A DNA stretch of 23,736 bases from Thermotogota bacterium (GTDB lineage Bacteria; Thermotogota; Thermotogae; Petrotogales; Petrotogaceae). Where the stretch lies: the NCBI GenBank assembly GCA_051748045.1, contig JBNJGY010000030.1, positions 1 to 23,736 on the forward strand. Direction: 5' to 3'. The position numbers were made by a program, and so were the translations under genes. Under the pieces are notes generated by a model that had not been told where the DNA came from, made no database searches, and worked only from the letters and a program-made list of their open reading frames with translations. Shown here piece after piece: positions 7,930 through 17,929 of the stretch (position 1 is its first letter; every line of letters begins with the position of its first letter).

Positions 7930-9203
7930 TATTTTTTTACGAATTTAGCTATATAAAAAGGTATGAGAGTTTCATCAGGTACAATGTAATGACCGTATTT
8001 ATCAAATTGACTTTTTATATTATGTTTTTTAAGATCTTTCTTTATATCAATAAAATCTATATCAAAAATTTCTTTAATATTCATCATGTTTTCTGTATTC
8101 TCTTCTTTAAAAATAGTACAAGTGGAATAAACAAATTCAGTACCCTTTTCAGCTTGTTTGATTAAATTTGATAAAATGTTTCTTTGTAATTTTGAATAAA
8201 GTTCAATATTCTCTTCATCTAATCTTAATAGTACTTCAGGATGTATAGATGAAATACCAGCAGAAGTACAAGGAGCATCTATAAGAATTTTATCGAAATT
8301 ATTATTTAAGTCTACATTAGATGAATCTATTAATTCAGTGTTAATAATATTGATATTAAGTCTTTTAGCATTGCTATTAACCTTTTCTAATCTAATTATA
8401 TCATTTTCAAAGGCTAAAATATTACCTTTATTATTCATTAATTCAGCTAAATGTGTTGTTTTTCCCCCAGGGGCTGAACAAGCATCTAATATATTCTCAT
8501 TGTTTTTTGGATTCAATATATGACTTACTAGTTGAGAAGATTCATTTTGAATGTAATAATATCCTTCTTCATATAAATTATTAGATAATAAAATATCTTT
8601 GTTGTTTTCTATTATTAGACTATTTTCAAAATGTATTGAATTTTTTGTTTTGATTCCTAGTTCATCAAACTTTTTTATCATAGATTCTTTATCAGTTATA
8701 AGTGTGTTTATTCTTATTGTTATATTTGGTTCTTTTATATGTTTATTCATTATCTCATTTCTGTGTTTTAAAAATTTAATTTTCTCAAAAACCCATTTAG
8801 GGTAGCTGTATACAACATTTTTTGGTAATTTTTTTAATATTTCTTCTTTGTTTCTAATAAAATTTCTTAAAACAGCATTAACAAAGTTTTTTTGTTTCTT
8901 ATTTTTTATAAGTTTCACAGTTTCATTTACAGAAGCATACTCATCAATGCCTAATAATAACTGTGAAACTCCCAGCCTTAAAAATGTTTTTGAGGCTGGG
9001 GGGATAGATTTATAATTTTTAATTAATTTTTTTAAAATAAAATCAATTTTCACATGATTTCTTATAGTATAATTTAGTACCTTTGTGAAAAAACCTCTAT
9101 CTTCTGAGTTGTAATTATCTAATACATAAGATATTTTCTCTTGATCTAATATATTTCTTTTATAAAAATTCTTTAATATAGTATACAATGATTTTCTAAT
9201 CAA
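7929..9203 (-). CDS. rsmB: 16S rRNA m5C967 methyltransferase RsmB/Sun
   Basis: NusB-like N-terminus (FVNAVLR), DACSAPGGKT, DAPC, YSTC; TTG start. Confidence 0.9.
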   Translation of the reverse strand: MIRKSLYTILKNFYKRNILDQEKISYVLDNYNSEDRGFFTKVLNYTIRNHVKIDFILKKLIKNYKSIPPASKTFLRLGVSQLLLGIDEYASVNETVKLIKNKKQKNFVNAVLRNFIRNKEEILKKLPKNVVYSYPKWVFEKIKFLKHRNEIMNKHIKEPNITIRINTLITDKESMIKKFDELGIKTKNSIHFENSLIIENNKDILLSNNLYEEGYYYIQNESSQLVSHILNPKNNENILDACSAPGGKTTHLAELMNNKGNILAFENDIIRLEKVNSNAKRLNINIINTELIDSSNVDLNNNFDKILIDAPCTSAGISSIHPEVLLRLDEENIELYSKLQRNILSNLIKQAEKGTEFVYSTCTIFKEENTENMMNIKEIFDIDFIDIKKDLKKHNIKSQFDKYGHYIVPDETLIPFYIAKFVKK

Positions 9204-9204
9204 A

Positions 9205-9888
9205 TTAATCCCTACTTTGAGCTAATAATACCATTCTTATTAGCTGAGATACTGCCATTAAAGCAGATGCCACATAAGTCATAGCTGCAGCATTTAATAC
9301 TTTTTTAACTGTTTCTACCTCACCAGAGGGCATTCCTACCAAGGGTAAAGTTTTTACCGCTCTCGAACTTGCGTTAAATTCAACTGGTAAAGTTATTAAA
9401 GTAAATGCTACAACAAAACTAAACAAAATTATTCCTCCCCATAACAAATGAGGTATTGAAAATATAAATCCGACTATCAAAATTATCCAAGATAAATTGC
9501 TACCGAAAGAAGCAAAAGGAACTGACATATTTCTTAATACCAAGGGTTTATAATTCTTTTGATGTTGAATTGCATGGCCTACTTCATGTGCAACAACACC
9601 TAAAGCAGCAACTGATTGAGAATTATATGTTGAATTTGATAATCTTAAAACTTTATTAGTTGGATCATAATGATCAGATAAATGGCCACTAACTTGTTCA
9701 ACTTTTACATCAAAGAGCCCTAAAGAGTCTAAAAGTCTTCTTGCAAAACTAAATCCTTTTTCATTTAAAGAGGATTTTACTCTTGAATATTTATCGAAAG
9801 TATTTTTTACCTTCATTTGTGCCCATATTGATAATAAAATCGCTGGGATTAATATTAACATTGATGGATGAAAAAATAACATATACAT
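9205..9888 (-). CDS. Membrane zinc metallopeptidase, YugP/Zn_peptidase_2 family
   Basis: LSDHYDP, HEVGHA.Q (HExxH), TLPVEFNAS.RA, AAAMTYVA. Confidence 0.92.
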   Translation of the reverse strand: MYMLFFHPSMLILIPAILLSIWAQMKVKNTFDKYSRVKSSLNEKGFSFARRLLDSLGLFDVKVEQVSGHLSDHYDPTNKVLRLSNSTYNSQSVAALGVVAHEVGHAIQHQKNYKPLVLRNMSVPFASFGSNLSWIILIVGFIFSIPHLLWGGIILFSFVVAFTLITLPVEFNASSRAVKTLPLVGMPSGEVETVKKVLNAAAMTYVASALMAVSQLIRMVLLAQSRD

Positions 9889-9899
9889 ACACCTCCACT

Positions 9900-11078
9900 T
9901 TAATAGTTGATTTTGTCATCAACCATAAAAATATAATTTTTTAAATATTCTGTTTCAAAGATATTTTTTTGTACAGGATGATCAGGTGATTGGTAACCTC
10001 TGTGGATTAATTTAAGTGATTTATTGGTATCTTCCATTGCTTCAAAAATAATTCTAGAAAATTCTTCTTCAAAGATAATTTGTGTACAGGAAGAAGTAGT
10101 TAAAAATCCTTTATTTTTAGTGATTTTCATAGCTCTCAAATTTAATTCTTTATAACCTCTAAAAGCATTTCTTTTTGATTTTCTAGATTTTGCTAATGAA
10201 GGTGGATCAATCAATGTCATATCAAAATATCTGTTTGATTCGTCAAACATCTTTAAAACATCAAATGAATTTCCATTTATAATTTCATATTTAGAAGAAT
10301 CTATTGAATTAGCTTTTAGAGTTTTTTCTAAAATATTCAAAGCTCTTTCAGAATAATCTATAAAGGTAACTTTTTTGGCTCCTCCTTTTAAGGCATGAAG
10401 TCCAAAATTACCTGTATAAGAAAAGGCGTCTAAGGTATCTAAATCTTTAGAAAGTTCCAAAACTTTTTTTGCATTTATTCTTTGATCTAGAAAAAAACCA
10501 GTTTTCTGTCCTTTAATATCTGCAAAAAAGTTTATCCCATTTATTTCAAAAGGTATTAATTCAGGTCCTTTTTTATAAATCCAGCCTTCAATAGGAAGAA
10601 ACCCTTCAATTTTAGCACTTCGTTCATCATCTTTTTCAAATATAGCCTTAGGATCTAAAAATTTTATTAAAGATTTTAAAATCATATCTTTATATTCATA
10701 AACACCATAGGTGTTTATTTGTATGACTAAATAATCTTCAAATTTATCAATTATAAGACCTGGTATACCATCTGATTCCGCGAAGAATAATCTATAAGAA
10801 TTTTCTTTAATAATTTTACTTCTATAATCTATAGCTTTTTTTATTTTTTCATCAAAAAAATTTTGATCTATTTTTTTATTTTTTCTTGTTAATAGCCTTA
10901 TGGTTATAAGTGAATCTGAATTAAAATAACCTCTACCTAAAAAATTATTTTCATGAAAAACATCAACTATTTCACCTTTAATTATAGATTGATCCAAATT
11001 ATTAATTTCATTTTTATAAATCCATGGGTGTCCATTTAATACTCTTGATTTAATATTTTTATTTAAATTAATGACCAT
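9900..11078 (-). CDS. Class I SAM-dependent rRNA methyltransferase, RlmI/YccW family
   Basis: PUA N-terminus (GHPWIY), ESDG.PGL.ID, GQKTGFFLDQR, FSYTG.F, DPP, SC, DHP, ETEYLK. Confidence 0.9.
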   Translation of the reverse strand: MVINLNKNIKSRVLNGHPWIYKNEINNLDQSIIKGEIVDVFHENNFLGRGYFNSDSLITIRLLTRKNKKIDQNFFDEKIKKAIDYRSKIIKENSYRLFFAESDGIPGLIIDKFEDYLVIQINTYGVYEYKDMILKSLIKFLDPKAIFEKDDERSAKIEGFLPIEGWIYKKGPELIPFEINGINFFADIKGQKTGFFLDQRINAKKVLELSKDLDTLDAFSYTGNFGLHALKGGAKKVTFIDYSERALNILEKTLKANSIDSSKYEIINGNSFDVLKMFDESNRYFDMTLIDPPSLAKSRKSKRNAFRGYKELNLRAMKITKNKGFLTTSSCTQIIFEEEFSRIIFEAMEDTNKSLKLIHRGYQSPDHPVQKNIFETEYLKNYIFMVDDKINY

Positions 11079-11195
11079 GAACTAACCTCCGTAAAATGAT
11101 TATATGAAATTTATTACATATAAATATATTATCATATATATGTTTAATGTTTTTTACAAAAAAACATATATAGTGATTTAAAAACTACTTTGAGA

Positions 11196-11224
11196 TTAAA
11201 AAATGTTACATCTTTTGTTATAAT
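11196..11224 (+). promoter_or_regulatory. Promoter of ychF-tmcAL-guaA
   Basis: TTAAAA (11196-11201), 17-nt spacer, TATAAT (11219-11224) with an extended TG; SD AAGGAG before ychF. Confidence 0.55.
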
Positions 11225-11263
11225 ATAGATTAGAATGAATAAAATCACAAGGAGAATTAAAAT

Positions 11264-12355
11264 ATGCTAAAAATAGGATTTGTAGGTTTACCAAATGTAG
11301 GTAAATCAACATTATTTAATGCTTTATCAGAAAAACAAGTGCCTGCAGAAAATTACCCTTTTTGTACAGTTGATCCTAATATTGCTATTGTTGAATATGA
11401 AGATAATAGGCTTGATTTTGTGGCCAAATTACAGAATTCAAAGAAAAAAGTAAAACCTTCTATTGAGTTTATGGATATAGCAGGATTAGTAAAAGGAGCG
11501 AGCAAAGGAGATGGTTTAGGTAATAAATTTTTAGATAATATAAGTAAAGTTGATGCAATTGCTCACGTTGTTAGATGCTTCTCAGATTCAAATATAAGTC
11601 ATTCAAGTGGTGAAATAGACCCTTCTACTGATGCTGAAATAATTGATCTAGAATTAATAGAAAAAGATTTAGAGACAATAAAAAATAGATATGATAAAAA
11701 ATTCAAATTGGCAAGAGCAGGAGATAAAGAAGCTAAATATGAAATAGAATTATTAGAGTCTTTAATAAACTTTCTTGAAGCAGGAAATCTTGTTAGGAAC
11801 TTTGAAGAAGAAAGAAAAGAAAAAGATCAAAAAATTATAGATTCTTTATTTTTACTGACAGAAAAACCAGTAATTTATGTAGCTAATGTAGATGAAAATG
11901 ATGATGAGAATAAACAATATGTTGAATCTTTAAAAAAATATGTTCAAAAAGTTAATGGAAAAATATTTGTAATTAATTCAAAAATAGAAATGGATTTATC
12001 TTTAATGGATGAAGAAGAAAAACAATTGTTCATTGATGAATTAGGATTCAATACAAATAATTTAGAATCTTTCATAAAAGATTCTAAAAATCTTTTAAAT
12101 TTAATAACCTTTATCACTGGTACAAAGAATGAAGCAAAATCATGGAATGTTGAAAAAGGAACAACTACTTTTGAAGCAGCAGGTAAAATTCATAGCGATA
12201 TACAAAAAGGGTTTATAAAAGCTGAAGTCATAAATGCAAATGTATTAAAAGAAAATGGAGACCTGAAAAAAGCAAAAAATAATGGCTTAGTTTCAGTTGA
12301 AGGAAAAGATTATATTATAAGAGAAGGAGATTACATATATTTTCATTTTCACTAA
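11264..12355 (+). CDS. ychF: Ribosome-binding ATPase YchF
   Basis: GLPNVGKST, NYPFCT..PN, DIAGLVKGASKG.GLGN.FL, and a TGS-like C-terminus (AG.IHSD..KGFI.AE, EGKDY). Confidence 0.96.
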   Translation: MLKIGFVGLPNVGKSTLFNALSEKQVPAENYPFCTVDPNIAIVEYEDNRLDFVAKLQNSKKKVKPSIEFMDIAGLVKGASKGDGLGNKFLDNISKVDAIAHVVRCFSDSNISHSSGEIDPSTDAEIIDLELIEKDLETIKNRYDKKFKLARAGDKEAKYEIELLESLINFLEAGNLVRNFEEERKEKDQKIIDSLFLLTEKPVIYVANVDENDDENKQYVESLKKYVQKVNGKIFVINSKIEMDLSLMDEEEKQLFIDELGFNTNNLESFIKDSKNLLNLITFITGTKNEAKSWNVEKGTTTFEAAGKIHSDIQKGFIKAEVINANVLKENGDLKKAKNNGLVSVEGKDYIIREGDYIYFHFH

Positions 12356-12366
12356 GGAGAATAAAG

Positions 12367-13647
12367 ATGAATTCATTAGGAATTATTGTAGAATATAACC
12401 CATTACACAAAGGTCATATTTATCATTTGAAAAAATCAAAAGAAAAAACTAAGGCATCTCATACAGTTGCTGTTATGAGCGGTAATTTTGTTCAAAGGGG
12501 AGAACCATCTATAATTAACAAATTTTCAAGAGCCGAGATGGCTTTAGAAAATGGAGTTGATTTAGTTTTAGAACTTCCTTTTATATTTAGTATCCAAGAT
12601 GCAGGAGGTTTTGCAAACGGATCTATTGGAATTCTTCATAGAATAAAAAAAATAAAAAATATTGTTTTTGGCAGTGAGTCAAATGATTTAGAAACATTGG
12701 ATGAAATAGCAAAAATATTGTATAATAAACCTTCTTATTACAATAGCAAAATAAAAGGATATTTGAAAGAAGGGATATCTTTTCCTAATGCTAGAAAAAA
12801 TGCATTAATAGATGTATTGAAAAATCCAAAAGCCAAAAAAATAATAGAAAATTCCAATGATATATTAGGAGTAGAATATCTTTTACATCTTAAAAAATAT
12901 AAATCATCAATAAAACCACATATAATAAAAAGAATAGGGTCAGATTATAATCAAAAAACTTTAGAGACTGAAATATCTTCTGCAACTGCTATAAGAAAAG
13001 AGATATTCAGAAGTGGTTTAGATAATCTTAATGATTTTGTTCCGAAAAAAACATTTATGAATTTAAAAACTGAAATAACATCTTACAGAGGACCTATAAG
13101 TTTAAAAGACATTGAACAAATTCTTTTCTATAATTTATATTCTAAAAGTAGAGAAAATTTAGAGCAATACCATGGAGTCATAGAAGGATTATCTAAAAGA
13201 TTTTTAGATGCTTCAAAGATTTCTAAAAATATATATGAATTAATAGATAATGTCAAAACAAAAAGATTTACTAGAACGAGAATAAAAAGAACAATATTAA
13301 ATATAATTTTTGAAATCAAAAAAGAAGATATTAAAATAGTGAATAAATATGGTCCTCAATATGTTAGAGTACTTGGTTTTAACTCAAGAGGAAGAGAATT
13401 TTTATCAGAAATTAAAAAAGAAGTAGAAATTCCAATTTTTACCACTCTTTCCAAATACACAAATATTAAAAACAGAGTTGACGAAGATCAATTATCTCAT
13501 GAAAAATTCAATGTAAATTCAGAAGTTATGGATTATATGTTCAAAAAAGATATAATGGCTTCAAATATATATACAAGTTTTTATTCTGATAAATCTAATA
13601 AATATCTTGAAAATATGGATTACCAAAATCAAGTCATAATAAAATAA
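12367..13647 (+). CDS. tmcAL: tRNA(Met) cytidine acetate ligase (YlbM/UPF0348 nucleotidyltransferase)
   Basis: EYNPLHKGH, MSGNFVQRGEP, FGSE, NDILGVEY, SATAIR, KRFT.TRI.R. Confidence 0.9.
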   Translation: MNSLGIIVEYNPLHKGHIYHLKKSKEKTKASHTVAVMSGNFVQRGEPSIINKFSRAEMALENGVDLVLELPFIFSIQDAGGFANGSIGILHRIKKIKNIVFGSESNDLETLDEIAKILYNKPSYYNSKIKGYLKEGISFPNARKNALIDVLKNPKAKKIIENSNDILGVEYLLHLKKYKSSIKPHIIKRIGSDYNQKTLETEISSATAIRKEIFRSGLDNLNDFVPKKTFMNLKTEITSYRGPISLKDIEQILFYNLYSKSRENLEQYHGVIEGLSKRFLDASKISKNIYELIDNVKTKRFTRTRIKRTILNIIFEIKKEDIKIVNKYGPQYVRVLGFNSRGREFLSEIKKEVEIPIFTTLSKYTNIKNRVDEDQLSHEKFNVNSEVMDYMFKKDIMASNIYTSFYSDKSNKYLENMDYQNQVIIK

Positions 13648-13664
13648 TAATATGGAGGTATAAA

Positions 13665-15188
13665 ATGGAGAGGATAATTATAATTGATTATGGAAGTCAA
13701 TACACGCAATTACTTGCAAGAAGGGTAAGAGAATATGGTGTTTATTCTGAAGTGATACCTCCTAATAAAGAGATAAATCTTAAAAATGTTAAAGGTATTA
13801 TTTTGTCAGGAGGACCTGAAAGTGTTTATTCAGATAATGCTCCAAAATTAAATACAGAAATATTTAATTATAATATTCCTATATTAGGTGTTTGCTATGG
13901 TATGCAGTTAATTGCTCAAAATTTAGGTTGTGAAGTAAAAAAAGAGAACAATGGAGAATATGGAAGAACTGAAATTATTATAGAAAAAAAAGATCTTCTT
14001 TTTAATGAAATTCCAAATAAAATTACAACTTGGATGAGTCATGGGGATAATGTAATAAATCTGAGAGCTGATTTTGAACCTTTAGCAAAAACAAAAAACG
14101 GAATAATCGCTGGATTTAGATTGAAGTCAAAAAATATTTGGGGGATACAATTTCATCCAGAAGTAAGACATTCAGAGTTTGGCAATGATATAATCGAAAA
14201 TTTTGTATTAGATATATGCAAAATGAAAGGAGATTGGTCACTTTCAAATTTTGTAGATGATAAAATAAAAGAAATTAGGGAAAAAATAGGAAATAAAAAA
14301 GCTATAATTGCCCTTTCTGGTGGTGTTGATTCATCTGTGGCGGCGGTATTAGTTCACAAAGCTATAGGTAGTAATCTTAAAGCTGTTTTCGTTGATCATG
14401 GACTTTTAAGGAAAAATGAGCCAGAAGAAGTCAGAAGAATTTTTAAAGAAATGATAGGATTAGATTTATTAACTGTAAAAGCTAAAGATAGGTTTTTAAA
14501 TAAATTAAAAAATGTATCAGATCCAGAGGAAAAAAGAAAAATTATTGGTGAAGAATTCATAAGAGTCTTTGAAAAAGTAGCTAAAGAAAACGAAGATATA
14601 GAATATTTAATACAAGGCACAATATATTCAGATGTTATTGAAAGTGCAGCTTCTGGTTCTAACACATCAGTAATAAAAAGTCATCACAATGTTGGTGGAT
14701 TACCAGAAAAAATGAATCTAAAAATATTTGAACCATTAAGAGAAATATTCAAAGATGAAGTTAGAAGTACAGGAGAATTATTAAGTATCCCAAAACATAT
14801 TTTATATAGACATCCTTTTCCAGGTCCAGGTTTAGCTATAAGAATTATAGGTGAAATAACAGAGAAAAAACTTGAAATATTAAAAAATGTAGATTCGATT
14901 TTCATAGAAACTCTAAAAGAAAACAATTGGTATAATAAAGTTTGGCAATCATTTGCAGTTCTTACTCCTGTAAAAACTGTAGGTGTAGCAGGTGATACTA
15001 GAAAATACGAATATGTTGTTTCACTTAGATCAGTCGATAGTGTGGAAGGAATGACTGCAGATTGGTCAAGGATTCCATTCGATATATTAAACCAAGCATC
15101 AAATAGAATAACTAATGAGGTTCCAGAAGTAGGAAGAGTGGTTTATGATATAACTTCTAAACCACCTGCAACAATAGAATGGGAATAA
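13665..15188 (+). CDS. guaA: GMP synthase (glutamine-hydrolysing)
   Basis: GSQYT, GVCYG.Q, QFHPE, SGGVDS, KSHHNVGGLP, PFPGPGL, KPPATIEWE. Confidence 0.98.
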   Translation: MERIIIIDYGSQYTQLLARRVREYGVYSEVIPPNKEINLKNVKGIILSGGPESVYSDNAPKLNTEIFNYNIPILGVCYGMQLIAQNLGCEVKKENNGEYGRTEIIIEKKDLLFNEIPNKITTWMSHGDNVINLRADFEPLAKTKNGIIAGFRLKSKNIWGIQFHPEVRHSEFGNDIIENFVLDICKMKGDWSLSNFVDDKIKEIREKIGNKKAIIALSGGVDSSVAAVLVHKAIGSNLKAVFVDHGLLRKNEPEEVRRIFKEMIGLDLLTVKAKDRFLNKLKNVSDPEEKRKIIGEEFIRVFEKVAKENEDIEYLIQGTIYSDVIESAASGSNTSVIKSHHNVGGLPEKMNLKIFEPLREIFKDEVRSTGELLSIPKHILYRHPFPGPGLAIRIIGEITEKKLEILKNVDSIFIETLKENNWYNKVWQSFAVLTPVKTVGVAGDTRKYEYVVSLRSVDSVEGMTADWSRIPFDILNQASNRITNEVPEVGRVVYDITSKPPATIEWE

Positions 15189-15193
15189 AATTT

Positions 15194-15222
15194 AAATCGA
15201 CCTTAAATGGTCGATTTTTTTT
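15194..15222 (+). terminator. Intrinsic terminator after guaA
   Basis: AAATCGACC-ttaaat-GGTCGATTT followed by a T run. Confidence 0.88.
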
Positions 15223-15236
15223 GTTATTATTAATTG

Positions 15237-15245
15237 TGATATAAT
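15237..15245 (+). promoter_or_regulatory. Extended -10 promoter element for the phosphatase pair
   Basis: TGATATAAT immediately after the guaA terminator. Confidence 0.5.
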
Positions 15246-15282
15246 TAGCTTGGGCGTAAAACATTTACAGGAGGGATTTACA

Positions 15283-15933
15283 TTGAATATATATTTAGTT
15301 AGACATGGTATAACAGAATGGAATAAACAATATAAATGGCAAGGTGAAGAAGATAAAGAATTAAATGCAGAAGGTATTAATCAAGCAGAAACAGCACAAA
15401 AGAGATTTGCTGGTGATAATATAAAGAGCATTTATTCATCAACATTAAAAAGAGCAATCAAAACAGCTGAAATAATAAATAGAAATCATAATTTAGAAAT
15501 TAAAAAATTACATAATTTAGATGAGTGTAATGTTGGTCCTTTTTCAGGACTTCATATTGATGAAGTAAAGAATAAATATAAAAAAGAATTTAAAGAATGG
15601 TCAGGTGATCCATGGTCAAATATAGAAGGGATGGAATCTTTAGGTTCAGTTCAATCAAGGGCAGTAAAGGCAATAAAAGATATTATTTCTGAACATGATT
15701 CTGAAGATAAAATCGTTATTGTTGCTCATGGTTTAGTTATAAGAACAATAATATCATGGGTATTAAAATTACCTATTACATCTAATTCTAATTTTAGGAT
15801 TGATAATTGTTCTGTTTCAGAGGTCTTATATGACGACAACAAATTTAGATTAAAATCATTGAACGAAACATGGCATCTTTTACATTTTAATATGACCATA
15901 TATGAAACAGCTGAAGAAAGAGACATTCAATGA
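15283..15933 (+). CDS. Histidine phosphatase family protein (PGM/CobC-like)
   Basis: RHG, QG..D..L...G, S.LKRA..TA, AHG. Start revised from 15250 to TTG at 15283, 8 nt after SD AGGAGG (15269-15274). Confidence 0.9.
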   Translation: MNIYLVRHGITEWNKQYKWQGEEDKELNAEGINQAETAQKRFAGDNIKSIYSSTLKRAIKTAEIINRNHNLEIKKLHNLDECNVGPFSGLHIDEVKNKYKKEFKEWSGDPWSNIEGMESLGSVQSRAVKAIKDIISEHDSEDKIVIVAHGLVIRTIISWVLKLPITSNSNFRIDNCSVSEVLYDDNKFRLKSLNETWHLLHFNMTIYETAEERDIQ

Positions 15934-16619
15934 AAAGATTAAATACATATGTTTCACCATATGAGAAAATAGAACAACATGATATTATTTTATTAATAGA
16001 TACTTTTAGAGCCACAACTACTATAAATGCGTTATTTCATTTAAGTGCAAAAGAAGTATTGGTTACAGATGATATATATAAATCACTAGAGTTAAAAAAA
16101 GATGGATACATTTTATGTGGGGAAAGAGGAAGTAAAAAAATAGAGGGATTTGATTATTCAAATTCTCCAACAGAAATATTTAACTCTAGAGAGATTTTTA
16201 ATAATAGAAAAGTTCTAGTAAATACAACAAATGGGGCAAAAACATTTAAAATAGTGAATAAAATATCTGATGTGATTGCTCTCGGGCTTGTAAATCTTAA
16301 AGTTGTGGAAAATGAAATGAGTAATTATAATGACATTGGAATAGTTTGTAGTGGGTTACACGGAAATTACTCATTAGAAGATCATTACACTGCATATAGA
16401 ATTATCCAAAAAATATCTAAAAGATTTGATAGTAAAAATGATGGTACTTTAATGACAGAAAATATATATTTCTCTAAAGATATTATTGAAAAAGCCAATC
16501 ATTATTTTAATTTAAAAAAATTGAAATTAGATAAAGATATAGATTTTTGTTTAAACGAAAATAAATTTTCTACATGTCCTTATTCCGATAAAAATAGTAA
16601 TATATTTAAAATGATTTAA
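15930..16619 (+). CDS. comB: 2-phosphosulfolactate phosphatase family protein (ComB-like)
   Basis: ID.FRATTT, GERG, NSP.E, TTNG, SLED, DI.FC; ATGA overlap with the upstream gene. Confidence 0.85.
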   Translation: MKRLNTYVSPYEKIEQHDIILLIDTFRATTTINALFHLSAKEVLVTDDIYKSLELKKDGYILCGERGSKKIEGFDYSNSPTEIFNSREIFNNRKVLVNTTNGAKTFKIVNKISDVIALGLVNLKVVENEMSNYNDIGIVCSGLHGNYSLEDHYTAYRIIQKISKRFDSKNDGTLMTENIYFSKDIIEKANHYFNLKKLKLDKDIDFCLNENKFSTCPYSDKNSNIFKMI

Positions 16620-16688
16620 CTTTAATGAAAGAGAAATCTTTCTTAAATAGTTTATCATTGTAATGATACTAAAAAAGGAGGAAGAATA

Positions 16689-17855
16689 ATGAAAAATTTT
16701 ACTTTTCAAAACGAAACAAAAATTGAATTTGGAAAAGAATCGTATAAAAAATTACCAGAACAATTAAAAAAAGATGGAATAAAAAAAATTCTAATGGTTT
16801 ATGGAAGAAATTCTATTAAAAAAATTGGTCTTTATGACACATTAATTAATGATTTGAAAGATTCAAACATTGAGGTTAACGAAATTTCTGGTGTTCAACC
16901 TAACCCAAGATTGAGTTTAGTAAAAGAAGGTCTAAAAATATTTAAAGAAAAAAAATGTCAAGCTATTTTAGCTGTTGGTGGAGGTAGTGTTATTGACACT
17001 TCTAAAGCTATATCCGCAGGATATTTTTACGATGGAGACATATGGGATTTGTTTGCTAAAAAAGCTCCTGTAGAAGAAGGGTTGCCAATATATACTATAT
17101 TAACTCTTTCAGCTACTGGTTCAGAAATGAATGGGAATGCGGTAATAACAAAAGAAGAAACAAAACAAAAATGGGATATTTCCTCAAAAGCATTATTCCC
17201 AGTGGTATCTTATATTTCACCTGAACTACAGTTTTCATTACCGAAAAGTCAAACAATAAATGGTGGAGTAGATGCAATATCACATGTAATGGAATTTTAT
17301 TTTGACACAACCCCAAGAACTGAAATACAAGATGCTTTGGCTGAAGGAATAATAAAAACAGTAATAAAAGCTACAGAAACATTAATTGAAGATCCAGAAG
17401 ATTATCAATGTAGAGCAGCATTAGCCTGGGGAGCAACTCTAGCACTAAATGGTCTATTGGCTACGGGAAAACAGGGTGGAGACTGGTCCTCACATATGAT
17501 AGAACATGGTTTATCAGCTGTAACAGATGTAGCTCACGGAAAAGGATTAGCTATTATATTTCCTGCATTTCTTGAATTTTCAAAAAGTAAAATAATGGAT
17601 AAATTAGATAGATTTGCTGAAAAGATATTTGGAATAGATACAGGAAATAAAGGGTATGATTCTGATTTAGCAATAAAAGCTTTAAAAGATTGGTATAGAA
17701 AAATTGGCCAACCAGTTAAATTAAAGGAAATAGGCTTAGAAGAAGAGAAAATTAAAGAAATTGCTAAAAATGCATCACAAATCTCTCCTTTTGGTCAAAT
17801 TCAAGATATGAATGAAAAAGAAATTCTAGAAGTATTAAAAATTGCTTACAAATAA
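16689..17855 (+). CDS. Iron-containing alcohol dehydrogenase (butanol dehydrogenase/YqhD-like)
   Basis: PNP, AVGGGSVID..K, TLSATGSE, D..SH..E, H.IEH, HG.GL; SD AAGGAGG. Confidence 0.93.
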   Translation: MKNFTFQNETKIEFGKESYKKLPEQLKKDGIKKILMVYGRNSIKKIGLYDTLINDLKDSNIEVNEISGVQPNPRLSLVKEGLKIFKEKKCQAILAVGGGSVIDTSKAISAGYFYDGDIWDLFAKKAPVEEGLPIYTILTLSATGSEMNGNAVITKEETKQKWDISSKALFPVVSYISPELQFSLPKSQTINGGVDAISHVMEFYFDTTPRTEIQDALAEGIIKTVIKATETLIEDPEDYQCRAALAWGATLALNGLLATGKQGGDWSSHMIEHGLSAVTDVAHGKGLAIIFPAFLEFSKSKIMDKLDRFAEKIFGIDTGNKGYDSDLAIKALKDWYRKIGQPVKLKEIGLEEEKIKEIAKNASQISPFGQIQDMNEKEILEVLKIAYK

Positions 17856-17860
17856 ATTAT

Positions 17861-17886
17861 AAACCGGGATTCCCGGTTTTTCTTTT
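17861..17886 (+). terminator. Intrinsic terminator after the alcohol dehydrogenase
   Basis: AAACCGGG-att-CCCGGTTT followed by TTCTTTT. Confidence 0.85.
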
Positions 17887-17929
17887 AAAAAATAATAACT
17901 AAAACATTAATAAATGGAGATGATGGAAA

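Noticed and set aside
812-11078. Functional SAM-cycle cluster (ahcY near RlmI, RsmB, RlmN and the radical SAM gene)
   Set aside because: Separate promoters and a terminator split these units, so proximity alone is not evidence of co-regulation.
13648-13664. Purine riboswitch before guaA
   Set aside because: The spacer is only 17 nt and holds just an SD.
15250-15282. Track start of the histidine phosphatase
   Set aside because: The SD AGGAGG lies inside this stretch and points to TTG 15283, six codons before the RHG motif as is typical for the family.
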